Shown one piece after another: positions 28,346-40,709 of a stretch of 64,000 bases of DNA (position 1 is the stretch's first letter; the number at the start of each line of letters is the position of its first letter). The notes beneath the pieces are model-generated. The model searched no databases. It saw nothing but the letters and a program-made list of their open reading frames with translations, and had not been told where the DNA came from. Source of the stretch: Vicugna vicugna (lineage: Eukaryota); assembly GCA_013265495.1 (NCBI GenBank), contig MU057880.1:62001-126000 (forward strand). The letters run 5' to 3'. Both the position numbers and the translations under genes were made by a program.

Positions 28346-29817
28346 TGTTACATTCTCCTATAGGACTCATGCCTTGAAATATACCATCCAGTTATTGGAA
28401 GAGTTGCAGTGAAAAAGATGGAGAATGCATCTTTTACATACAGAATACAGATAGCTAAAATTAGAAGTATTTTTTTCTCATTAAATCATTTCCACCAATA
28501 AAAGTGCCCATCTTTTTTTTTTTCATTTTTCTAAAATATAGTATCCATAGTATGGAACTTTTTTTTCAAAGTTAAAAAGGATTTACTTGTAATTTCCTAT
28601 ACATATTTAGCTTGTAAATATGTCTGTCAATGTATTAAGGGACAATGTATTAAGGACAATAACAAAACAAGTTAAACTTTTCATAGTGTTTCACTTCAAG
28701 TCCTACACAAGTTGAAATCTGATAAAGGATTTACATTCGGTTATCTGAAACTCTGCATCTCCGACTTGCACCTTGAAATGGCAGGTTTATTCACTTCTGG
28801 TTTAAAGCCACTGTACAGATGTGTCATTTAATGACTTTTAGTAACATGTAAAAAATTAAAACATACACCACAAATAATGCAAAGAGAGAGATACAGTGCT
28901 GTGAAATCAGCAGTAGAGTTTTAGAAGCTTATTATTTTACTTTGTTTTTACTTTGGGGTAAAAAGTCTTTAGCTGAACACTCAGCAGAACACCCTTTGAG
29001 CTGTTTTATCTGCATTTACACTTGTTCATTATTCTTTTGTTTTCTGTCACTTGTTTCCCTTTTATCACTTCCTTCTTTTATTATTAATTTTCCAACTCTG
29101 AGGGTATTTCTCCTCTTTTTGTATCTGTCCCATGAATCAACTATTTTATAAGCTCAGAAAATGATGTTAATAATTATAATTATAGACTAAAAACCACTAA
29201 AATGTAACAAGACATGGAACACCACCCTGGAGGAATCCACGGACACATACAACCTGTCCTGATTTCTTCTCACCACTCAAGACATGCATTTCTATACAAT
29301 TTAGGACAAAGCCAGGTTTGCAAGTCAACCAATAACTTGTCTAATTTCACTTACGGAAAGGGCTATTAAGGGCACATTTTTGGGGGGGTCTTAAGAAAAC
29401 TTTTGTCCCCAATGGAGTGTCTTCATTGTCATCAACCAAAAACGTAAATATTTCTGACTGCATGGACCCATAGGTTAGCCAGCCTTTTGAATCTACACAT
29501 CTCTTATAGTAAAAGCAGTGCCCGGGAATAAAAAGTAAAAGATAAATGATTTCTCTTGCTTAAATAATATTAAATTAACACCAAAAAAAATTAACACCGT
29601 AATAGTCAAAAGGGCAGGTCTGCAGACAGGATTAATATGAGGTTTGGATCACAAAGAACTCTAAGGGGTTTGCTGCCACTTAGGGAGAATGTATTAAAGA
29701 CTACTTAACTTAAACGACTAAAAAGTAAACAAGAATTTCCAAAAAATTGGAAAAAAAATGAAATAAGACTGAGGTTGTGAATAAAGAATTGGTGACTATG
29801 AAAGTGTTTGCTAGACG

Positions 29818-29866
29818 TGTGCTGTCTAATATGGTAGCCATTAGCCATGTGTGGCTATTTAAATTT
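29818..29866 (+). mobile_element. MER33/MER3-like hAT-Charlie terminal fragment
   Basis: GCTGTCTAATATGGTAGCCATTAGCCATGTGTGGCTATTTAAATTT. Confidence 0.65.
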
Positions 29867-29871
29867 CTAGA

Positions 29872-32800
29872 GGACTTCACTTTTTAGAGCTGTTTTAGAT
29901 TCACAGCAAAGTTGAGTGGGAAGTACAGTGATTTCCCATATATACCTTGCCCTCACACACACACAACCTCAGCATCTCTCACCAGAGTTACAGATTTGTC
30001 ACAGTGGATAAACCTACATTGATAAATCATAATCGCCAAAGTCCATAGTTTACATTAGGGTTCACTCTTGATGTTTGCCATTCTATGGATTTGGCCAAAT
30101 GTCTAGTGAAGGACATGCACCCACAGTTATCATATCATAAAGAGTGCTTTCAATCCCCTGAAAGTCCTCTGTCCTCTGCTCCTCCTCCTCCAACTCCCGG
30201 CAGCTACTAAACTTTTTACTGTCTCACAGCTTTACCTTTTCCAGAATGTGATATGGTCAGAATCATATGGCATAGATAGCCTTTTCAGGTTGGCTTCCTC
30301 ATTTAACAATATGAATTTGTCTCCTCCATGTCTTTTCCTGGCTCAATAGCCTATTTGTTTTTGGCACTGAACAACATTTCATTGTCAGGATGGACCAGAG
30401 TTTATGTATCCATTCACCTACTGAAGGACATTTTGGTTGCACCCAAGTTTTGGCAATTATGAATAAAGTTACTATAAGTATCTGTGTGTAGGGTTTTGCA
30501 TGGATGTAAGCTTTTCAATACTTTGGGTAAATATCATGGGGCACAGTTGCTGGATTATATCATAAGAGTATGTCTGGTTTTGTAAGAAACTGGCAAACTG
30601 TCTTCCAAAGTGTACCGTTTTGCATTCCCACCAGCGGGGTGAGAAAACCCCCACTGCTCCCTGTCTTCACCACCACTTGCTGTTGTCAGTGGTCCAGACT
30701 GTGGCCGTTCTGCTAGGCATGCCCCGGTGTCTGTTGCTGTTCTAATTGGCATTTCCTTGATGACATAAGATGTGGAGTATCAGTCTCATATGCTTACTTG
30801 CCATTTATACATCTGTGTTGGTCAAGCGTCTGTTAAGATCTTTAACCCTTTTAAATTCAGGTTGTTTGTTTTCTTATTGTGGAGTTTTAAGAGTTCTTTG
30901 TATATTTTGCACGTAGGTGTCCAGTTGTTGCAGCATCCTTTGTTGAAGAAACTACCTTTGCTCCATTATATTGCTTTTGCTCCTTTATCAAAGATCAGCT
31001 ATTTATATAAGTGTGGATCTACTTCTGAGCTCTCTGTTTTGTTCCATTGATCTGTTTGCTCTTTCACCAACACCACACACACTGCCTTGATTGCATTAGT
31101 TTTATAGTACATTTTGAAATCAAGTAGCTTCAGTCCTCCAACTTTGTTCTTCTTCAATATTTTGTTGGCCATTCTGAGTATTTTATCTGTCCATTTAAAC
31201 TTTAGAATCAGTTTCCTGTTATTCACAACATAACTTTCTGGGATTTTGATTGGGACTGCACTGAATCTGTAGATCAAGTTGGGAAGAATTGACAGCTTGA
31301 CAAAATTGTATCTTCTTATGCATGAACATGGAGTATTTCTTTAGTTAGTTCTTTGATTTTGTTCATCAGAGTTTTGTAGTTTTCCTCATATAGATCTGTA
31401 ATATAAATGTGTTTTTAATTTCAAGTTCCATATGTTCATTGCTGGTATATAGGAAACCAACTGTCTTTTTTGTGTCCTATAACCTGCAACTTTACTATAA
31501 TGGCTCATTAGTTCCAGGAGATTTTTTTATTGATTCTTTTGGATTTTCTACATGGATGATCATGTCATCTGTGAGAAAAGACAGCTTTATTTCTTCCTTC
31601 TCAACCTGTATACCTTTATTTTCTTGTCACGTCTTTTTTCATTGGCAAGGACTTTCAGTACAAAGTTAAAAAGGAGTGGTGGGTGGGGACATCCTTGCCT
31701 TGTACCTGATCTTAGTGAAAAAGCCTCAAGTTATAACATTAGCTGCAATTTGTTAATAGATTTTTGTTACCAAGTTGAGAAAATTTCCTTTCATTCTTGA
31801 TTTACTGAGTTTCTGACATGAATGTGTGCTGGATTTTGTCAAATACTTTTTTTTTTTTGCATCTATTGATACGATTGTATGGTTTTTTTCTTTTTAAGTC
31901 TGTTGATGAAATTAATTGGTTTTCCAATGTTGAATCAGCTTTGAATAACTGGTAAATCACACTTATTTATGATGTATAATTCTTTTTATACATTGTTGGA
32001 TACCATTTGCTAATATTTTGTCAAGGATTTTTGCATCTGTCTTCATGAGATATATTGATCTGTAGTTTTCCTTTCTAAGTGTCTTTGTCTGGTTTTGGTT
32101 GGGGTAATGTTGGCCTCACAAAATGACCTAGGAATAGTCTCTAGGTTTCTGTCCTCTAAGAGTGTAGAGAATTAGTATAATTTCTTCCTTAAATATTTGG
32201 TAGAATTCACCAGTGAATTTGCACCAGGAACTCGTGCTTTCTATTTTAGAAGGTTATTCATTTTTATTTAATTTATTTAATAGATACAGGACTATTCAGA
32301 TTGTCTATTTATTCTGTGTGAATCTTGGCAAATTGTGTCTTTCAAGGAAATGGACCATTTCATTTAGGTTATCCAATTTGTGGGCGTAGAATTGGCTAGA
32401 GTAGTCCTTCATTGTCTTTTTAATTTCCATGGGATCTGTGGTATTTTTCTTTCTTTCACTTCTGATATTAGTAATTTGTGTTCTCGCTCATATTTTCTTA
32501 GTTAGCCTTGCTAGAAATTTATTGATTTTATTAATTTTACTAAGAACCAGTCTTAGATTTTGTTTATTTCTTCTTTTGATTTCCAGTTTTTGATTTCATT
32601 GATTTCTGCTCTAATTCTTATTCTTTCTTTTCTTCTGCTTATTTTAGATTTAGTTGTCTCTTCCTTTTCCACTTTCCTAAAGTGGAAATTTAGATTATTG
32701 ATTTTAGGTCTTTCTTCTTTCTAAAATATGTGCTCAATGCTATAAATTTCTCTCTAAATACTGCTTTTGCAGCATGCCACAAATTTTGATAAGTTGTAGT

Positions 32801-33960
32801 TTCTTTTTAATTTAGTTCAAAATATTTAAAAATTTTTCTTCAGATGTTTTCCCTTGACTCATATGTTACTCAGAAGTGAATTGTTCAAACTCCATGTACT
32901 CTGAGATTTTCCAATTATCTTTCCATTGTTGATTTCTAGTTTAATTCCATTGTGGTCTGAAAGCAGATTTGTGTGATTCGTATTAAGTTTGTTAAGGTGT
33001 ATTTTATGACCCAGGATGTCATCTATCTGGGTTACTATTCCATGTGAACTTGAGAAGAATGTGTATTCTGCTGTTTCTGGATGAAACGGTCTATAAATGT
33101 CAGTTTTATGCACTTGATTTATGGTGTTACTGTGCTCAGCTATGTCTTTACTAATTTTCTAACTGTTGGTTCTATTCATTTATGATTGAGGGGTGTTGAA
33201 AGTCTCAAACTATGCTAGTAGAATCATCTATTTCTCTTTGCAATTTGATTTGTTTTTGCCTCACATAAGTATGACGCTCTGTTCTTAGACATTAATGATT
33301 GTTACATCTTCTTGGAGAACTATCTATCCCCTTTATCAGGATGTAATGCTTTTCTTTATTCCAGATAATCCTCTTTACTCTGAGGTCTGCTTTGCCTGAA
33401 ATTAACATAGCTCTTCCTGATTTCTTTCATTTAGTTTTATCATGGTATGTCTTCCTCCATCCATTTACTTTTAATCTATATGTATCTTTATATTTAAATT
33501 GAGTTTCTTGTAGACCATATATAGCTGGATCTTGTTTTTTGATCCACTCTGACAATCTGTGTCTTTTAATTGTTACATTTAGACCACTGGTGTGCAAAAT
33601 GATTATTGATACAGGTGGATTAATTGTTACTGTTTTCTATTTATTGCCCTTGATCTTTATTCCCAGTTTTATCTTTCACTTTTTTGTGTGCCTTTTGTCA
33701 TTTTAATTGAACATTTTTTATGATTCCTATTACTCTCCATTTTTAGCATATTGGTTGTATTTATTTTTACTTTTTCTAGTGGTTGCCATAGAGTTTGCAA
33801 CATGCAGTTACAGCTAAACCAAGTCCACTTCCAAATAACACCAGACCACTTCATGGGTAGTATGAATACTTTGTAATGATAAAATAATCCTAATTTCTCC
33901 CTCCTGTCCTTGTGTCATTTCTTTCATTTATTTCGCTTATATATAAACACACATAAACAT
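29872..33960 (-). mobile_element. Old degenerate L1 (L1MC-like), 3'UTR through endonuclease region, with internal deletions
   Basis: Reverse 3' end TTTTTAGAGCTGTTTTAGATTCACAGCAAA. Minus ORFs contain the endonuclease remnant (DIYRPFHPETAEYTFFSSSHG...SDHNGIKLEIN, 32859-33113) and ORF2 IYRFSAVPIKIP (30999-31277). An apparent jump occurs near 30910. Confidence 0.9.
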
Positions 33961-34133
33961 ACATTTTATTGATTGCATTAACTCACCAGCAATTATTAAG
34001 ATAAAAATTAGCTCAGTCATTTTTAAAATGAGATTTAGAGATGCACATAATTAAGAATCACAAATGAAATTTTCCAATGGAAAAAGTGTTTTCCTTATCA
34101 TAAACCAGTCATCGTCTACACAATATTATAAGA

Positions 34134-34508
34134 TTTTTTTTGAAGTACAGTTGATTTACAACATTGTGTTAGTTTCTACCGTACAGATAGTCTGGTGATT
34201 CAGATATATATATATATATATATATTCTTTTCATATTCTTTTTGATTATAGGTTATTACAAGCTATTGAATACAGTCCCCTATGCTATACAGTAGGTCTT
34301 TGTTGTTTATCTGTTTTACATACAGTAGTGTATATCTGCTATTCTCAAACTCCCAATAAATCCTTTCTCCTCGTTTCCCCTTTGGTAACCATAAGTGTGT
34401 TCTATATTTGAAAGTCTGTTTCTGTTGTGGAAATAAGTTCATCTGTGTCATTATTTTTAGATTCCACATATAAACAATATCATACTTCTTTGTCCAACTT
34501 CACTTAAA
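34134..34508 (-). mobile_element. L1 3' fragment
   Basis: TTGAAGTACAGTTGATTTACAAC...TTTAGATTCCACATAT, the same type as 15729-16288. Confidence 0.85.
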
Positions 34509-34889
34509 AACTTCATAAGATTAATGCACAGAATTACCTGCTGTGTTACTGCAAAACTAGATGTGGGGAGGGATCCCTCAGAAAAATGGACCCATGTGAT
34601 TGATTTATCAAAAGATGAAGTGATACAAGACATAAGCTTAGGAAATTTTTTGAGCCCCATAATTCTATAGTTTGATAATCAGCATCAGCATGGATGAACT
34701 ATTGATCAGACAAAATATGAGTGCCTTCCTCCCCACCCATGCCTCTTGACTGATCTTTCTAGGAGCCCAGTGTTCTTGGACCTTGGCCACACTCCCTCAC
34801 TGCACAGAAACTTCAGTGGGGGGGGGTCCTCCTCTTACAGAGTCTCACCTTCTGCCCCCTCCACTCTTGCCTAGATAATTAAGAAGCAG

Positions 34890-35110
34890 AAAACATGGAT
34901 CCAAATCCCAGATCTACCTTAATCAATTGTATGATTTTAAAGTTGCTTAACATTCTAAAATCTCTTTTCTTGTTTAAAGTTAGAGATGACCTCTGTGTGG
35001 TTAATGGGCTTGTTATGAAGTTTAAATAAATTTTCACATCTTCAATAACTTGTATAATGCCAGCCACCTAATAGCCTTTCAAAAAATAATATCTATGAGT
35101 ATAATTATTA
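34890..35110 (+). mobile_element. MIR fragment
   Basis: GGATCCAAATCCCAGATCTACC followed by a degenerate core. Confidence 0.5.
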
Positions 35111-35319
35111 CTGTCCTCATTTCATCAGGCTTCTGTCCTCTGGAAAATGAGAGGCTCTGTAATCTGAAAATTAATTCATCATGACATATTATTGAGTGTT
35201 AATACTGTAAACTCAATTGGTGTTAAGTGTTAACTACCAGGTGAATATTTGCAGCTAAAGCATTCCCTTCTATGATAAAGCTTAACCTAGTGTTGCTTTT
35301 ATTTGTGTCCTTGATTTTA

Positions 35320-35538
35320 ATAGGCATTATTACTCAAAAAAGTAAGTTTCCATCACCAGACGAATTTGGGAAATGCTGAGTTAAACAAATTGAAAGGGAT
35401 TCCTTCCTGTATTAATTCTCCTAATTCATTAATATGATCGCGTACATTGTACTTGAAAGAGAATCTTAAGAAATCAATGGAAACTTTTGAGCAATCTCCG
35501 GACCTTGTGTTCCATGATTCATACTAGAGAAACCCTGA
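35320..35538 (+). mobile_element. MER103-like hAT-Charlie fossil
   Basis: AATTTGGGAAATGCTGAGTTAAACAAA block. Confidence 0.55.
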
Positions 35539-36249
35539 TACCCAGAGGGGCCTTAAATGCTAGAATGTGATGCAAACAACAGCAGAAGCTCGTCTTTCTG
35601 GTACATACTCTTCTACACTTATATGTCGCTCCTCAAATTACTTATTCCATTTGTAGCCTGCAACCAAAAATATCCACATCAAGATTTCCTAAGCAAGCTA
35701 GTCAAATTCTTGGTCATAAAATTAACATTTCCCAAAAGGCACTGAACAATCCCACCTTTCTTTGTTTCTCACTAAAAATTACTTGAAATTGGGACTTGCT
35801 TAGAAAACATTTATACTGTTCCTACCCCTCTTCATTCACAAAACACTTCCCTCGGTGCCTGATCTAAGATGCCAATTCTCATATTATTTCCTCTGCAATA
35901 CGCTTCTAATTATATCTAGAGAATCAAGACCAATGCCTGTGCACAATTTCTCCAAGAATTGCATATAAGAAATTCAAATAACTGAAGTGCTTATATGGGA
36001 ATTTACATGTTTTTACCTATTAAGTACTTTTCCAAAATAAAAGTGGTAGCCAGGAGCAACCTCAGTGCCAGTTATAATGTGCATGAGGCTCTCCAGCTGA
36101 GCACAAGAATGTGATTACTTACCATGAAAAAAAAGGAAGAAGAGTGGGTGGGTTTACAATTACAGACAATCACCACTCTGCATTTGCTGCTTTGCAACTT
36201 GAGAGCTTTGTAGCCAAAGGTAAGCATGTGAAAATGAAGATCCACCCCA

Positions 36250-36480
36250 GTGGGGAGGGATAAATTGGGAGCTTGAGATGTGCAGATACTAACTAGTATA
36301 TATATAAAGTAGATAAATAAGTTTATACTGATATAGAACAGGGAACTATAGTCAATATCTTATAGCAATTTATGGTGAAAAAGAATATGAAAACAAATAT
36401 ATGTATGTTCATGTATGATGAAGCACTGTGCTGTACACCAGAAACTGACACAACATTGTAAACTATCTTTCAATAAAATT
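36250..36480 (+). mobile_element. Short L1 3' tail
   Basis: GGGGAGGGATAAATTGGGAG...GCTGTACACCAGAAACTGACACAACATTGTAAA...CAATAAAA. Confidence 0.85.
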
Positions 36481-38426
36481 ATATACACACAAAAAGCCTT
36501 TTTCAAAAAAAGGTCACCTAGGAAAAAAAAGAGCAACCCCAGAAAGCTTGGGCTGAGGTGGGAAAAAAACTCCACATAAATGCTCAGAACTTGGGACTGA
36601 AGTAAACAAAATAGAAAAGAAAAAAAAAGGAACGGCGGACTATTATATAATTAAAGCAGTTCTTTATTATCTCAAATGATGCATTATCATCATTAGTCGG
36701 ATCAATTAAAAATAATCAGAGCTTAAAGTAAACATTTCTTGATAACTGTTTTAATAATGAATTTCTTTTTTGTCCTCTCTCTCTCTTCATTTTAGCTATG
36801 TCCTGGGAGTGCGGATAATTTGCATTGAGATAGAAATAATTTTCCCAAATAAGGAACAACCTATGTGACAAAAGGTATCATTTCAGGATGTAAGTAATTA
36901 CGTGCATTGTCTCATTTATAGAAAGAGCAATTCCTAGAATTTTTATAGACTAAGACATAAACAAAATATTATTTTTCCAAGACCACAAAGAAAAGTAGAC
37001 TCCAGAGCCAGAATTCAAAACCAGATCTCTGTGATTTCAGGTCCCAGCTGGTTAAACCATTATACCTTCATCCCTTCCTGAATCAGGAGCAAATAAATGT
37101 CAACATGCCCCATATCCCCACAGCCATTCTCCCATCAGACTTCTCTTCCCTCGGGACAGTTCGTGAACACATTCCTGGAAAACTAATTTCTACATTCCCT
37201 GAAGAGGAGAGCATACATTTGGAAGTACACTGTAATTAAGTCTGTTCTTGGCAACAGCTTCTTCACCTTTGACCCTCACTGTGCCTCTTAATCTCAGCAC
37301 ATTTCTGGGACTTCGTGGATTTGAACTGAAACTTGGAGAGATGCTGTTTGGTGATCTAGCCATCTCGTCCGAAGGCAGCCTGACCTGGAATTGTCGAAAT
37401 CTACAACAGAACTTTGCCTTCACGTGACACACCTGTTGGAGAACATTTTAAAACCAGAATGGTATTAGGTTGAGGAATAGGGCGGTCCACTTTGCCTGTT
37501 TCATATTGAAGACTTCACAGTTAGGGCATCTCCCTCCCAATTCTTAGATCCAAGAACATGAGGAACTGAAATTACTTTATGAAACATCTACTCAAGGCTT
37601 TCACTTTCTAGGTAAGAAACATGAATTCAAGAAGAGGTTGGTCTCCTGGGATAACCTTCTGCCACTGAAATGCAACTTCGTTTGTCTATGCCCTCATTCA
37701 GAATTATTTTGGAGCAATTGTGTATTCTTCATTTGTGTCTACAAGGTTTTAGCATGCATGAGACCTCGAGGACACTCCCTAGTCAACAAAGAAGGCATCA
37801 GTAAGATCTCTCATGCAAATAATATGAAAATGCTTTTATTCCTCACTTCAGTATCAGACACTCCTCACTTATAATAGGCAGATTTTCATTCCTTTTACTT
37901 GATTTTCAATCCTTCAGCACATACTTGTATAAAAGGTTAAGTATATCTTAGGTACTCTTTTATCATATTATAAGTGTGTTTCTGAGTCTCCAAGTAAGTT
38001 GCCTTTGTGTTATCTCCTTCCCCGGAAAATTTGCAGAGCCCCAGTTGGTAAAAGAAACTATTAGGAGCAAGATTCATTCCGGGAATGTAACATAGCCATC
38101 TACAACTCTGTTGTACAAAGTTTTCCTATTGAATCCTGTAAGCATCATTTGAAAATCCACTTTCATTTTCAAAGACTAAGTGAGAAATAGGATAGAGTGG
38201 GTTGGATGAAAAGAATAAAAAGAACGGGCAAAGGATTGCAAAATCTAAGACGTTATTCTCAGCTTTATGCAACTCGGATCAAATCACAGAATCCTTTAAA
38301 GTTTGGCCTGTTTATCTGTCACCTAGAGCTAATACCCGTCCTGCTGACCTCACGGTTGATTCGAGGTTAAATGTGATACTGAGTGTGAGACTGCTGGTGA
38401 TCCATTAGTCACTACCAGTTAAGCTC

Positions 38427-39000
38427 TTCATTTATTCACGTACTCATTTATCCAACATGTCTGAGCTCTTACCCTGTGGCAGCCTCTCTGACAAGTACTG
38501 AGCTCATAGTCATGACCCCAGAAATCTGTGGGTCTTAGGGTCCAATGGAAAAGACAGACATTAGCCAGAAATAAGCATATAATCAAAGTGTGATAAATTG
38601 AAGTGAAAGATCAGGGTACTGTGAAAAAGTAAGAGTGGGCTTCCCGGAAAGTCTAAGTTCATAGCCTTTTTTTTTTCAGGGTAATGTTTCTCTTTTTTTT
38701 TTAGAAAGAAGTTCATAGCATTTAAACAAAGATGAGCAGGATATGGACAAGGAGTTGGAGGTGACAAGCACACCAACTATAGGGCATTGCCTTAGAAGAG
38801 AAATCATTTTGAGCTCCCCAGGAATAATGAGCAAGTAGAAGAGAACCGTGTAAATAATGCTGGAGAGATAGGCAAGGGCCAGATGGTCCAGGAAACTATA
38901 CTTCTTGGGAAGAATTTTGGTTTATATTCTAAGTGCAGTGGTAAAACCATGAAAGCATATGAAGAAATGGACTGACATAAGATGAACAGTGTTAATAAAC
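38427..39000 (-). mobile_element. L2 LINE 3' fragment
   Basis: Reverse L2 tail TTCATTTATTCA...CATTTATCCAACATGTCTGAGC, plus TATTCTAAGTGCAGTGGTAAAACCATGAA. Confidence 0.6.
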
Positions 39001-39349
39001 ACTTCAGTGTCTGTGTGGAGTGTATTCGAGATCTGCTTTTGTGGTTGAACCAAAGGAAACAAGAACGGATGGTGAATTCAAAATTGGAGCAGAGTAGGGA
39101 GAAGAAACGTTGTAATGTTTTATTTTTTGACGGAGGAGGAGCTGGATGCCGGCGCTGTGTACTGTGGTGGGGTGGCTAGGCAGATGGCAGCAGACCTGAA
39201 GGAGAGTCAGAAGTCAAGAGCTTATTTGGCAACTTGCTGAGATTGAAGATTTACTTTCTCCTAATGCACAAAGGCACCCAGAGGACGCTGGGGCCCAAAT
39301 TCTGAAATGTGTAGTCTGATAGTCCATGATGTCTCTAAATGTCCCCTTT

Positions 39350-39640
39350 TTTTATATGAACGTATCCTATTTCATTTAACCAATTCACTGTTGTTGAATA
39401 TATAGGCTGTTAACAATTCTGTCCCTCATTATAAATTATACAATTGGAACATCTTGTCATATCCATCTTTGGCTTGTCTTTTTATTATTTTTTTAAGATA
39501 GATTCCTAGAAGTGGAATTACTAGGTTAAAGGGTATGCATGTTTAAAAGGTTCTTCACATATACACTATATAAGTTTCTAGAAAGTTCATTAACAAAGGA
39601 TGCCCCCACCAGCAACATCTAAAATACACCTATCAATACT
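39350..39640 (-). mobile_element. Old L1 (L1ME-like) fragment
   Basis: GATAGATTCCTAGAAGTGGAATTACTAGGTTAAAGGGTATGCA. Confidence 0.65.
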
Positions 39641-40352
39641 GAATGCCTTAATTCCACAGATGAAGGGGTGCCTTATTTTTCGTATGCAAATTAGATTATT
39701 TTTATTTTTATATTATTTACTAAATTTTTTAAATTGAAGTGTATTTGACAAACAAAATTATAAGTTTTATAACAGCGCACAAAGTGATGACTTGACACGC
39801 GTTGTGGAAGGATTCCCCCAGCACCTCACCTGTTTACCCATTTCCATCACCTCACATCACCTATTATTTGATGCCTTGTTCAGTTTTGAAGTTGAACTCA
39901 CATTTTACAACAGTCTTAAAGTAAACATAAATATTTGAATATTTGGTTGAAGTCAATTGGAATCAATTTGATCCAAAAATCAAAAGATAAAAGAAATGAT
40001 GGTCACCTCTCCCCTCCCCTCCACGGCCACACAGTGTCTCTTGGAACTACCTGGAGCTATTTCCTGCATATATAATTATTTCCTTCTTTCTCCCTTCTAG
40101 CACACTACACATTTCTTCACCTTCCTTTTGTCATTCAACAAAATATTTTAGGAAACTATTTGGGGTTGGTATTTTTTTTTTAATTTTGTTTCTTATTGAA
40201 GTGTAGTTGATTGACAGTGCGAGTTTCAGGTGTTAAATGTCTCCCTTTGTGTGAGTGGGATTGTTCCAAACGCTTGTACAATTTGGGCACAAGTGAAAAC
40301 CTTCCATCACTATCTTTCACTTCCAAGTACAATTTGGTTAGTTAGGATTATA

Positions 40353-40709
40353 AGGTTCGCAACCCCTCAGGTGAAATTCCAAAATCTAAAGATTGTAAAA
40401 TCTAAATGTGTTTTTATAACTCATTCACGAGCAGAAGTTGACATAACGCAACCAAATCTGGCACCAAAAACCCATGCTGAACTGACGGGAGGCTCTGTTG
40501 GTTTTATTTCAGCCCTCTTCGCTGGACCGTTTGCATGTTTCACAGAAGTGTAACCGAAATAGAAACAGCTTTGACTGTAAGCTGTTGCCTAGACGCTGCT
40601 GGTGAGGTTATGTAATATGTAACACATGTGCTTTATTGCCTTTCTAAAATCTTAAAGATTCAGAATCCAGATGCCCATCTAACCCCAAAGAGTTCAGAAT
40701 GTGGGCCAG
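40353..40709 (+). mobile_element. MER46C-like Tigger DNA transposon fossil
   Basis: GAAATTCCAAAATCTAAA near the left end and CATCTAACCCCAAAGAGTTCAGA near the right end. TA on both flanks. Confidence 0.6.
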
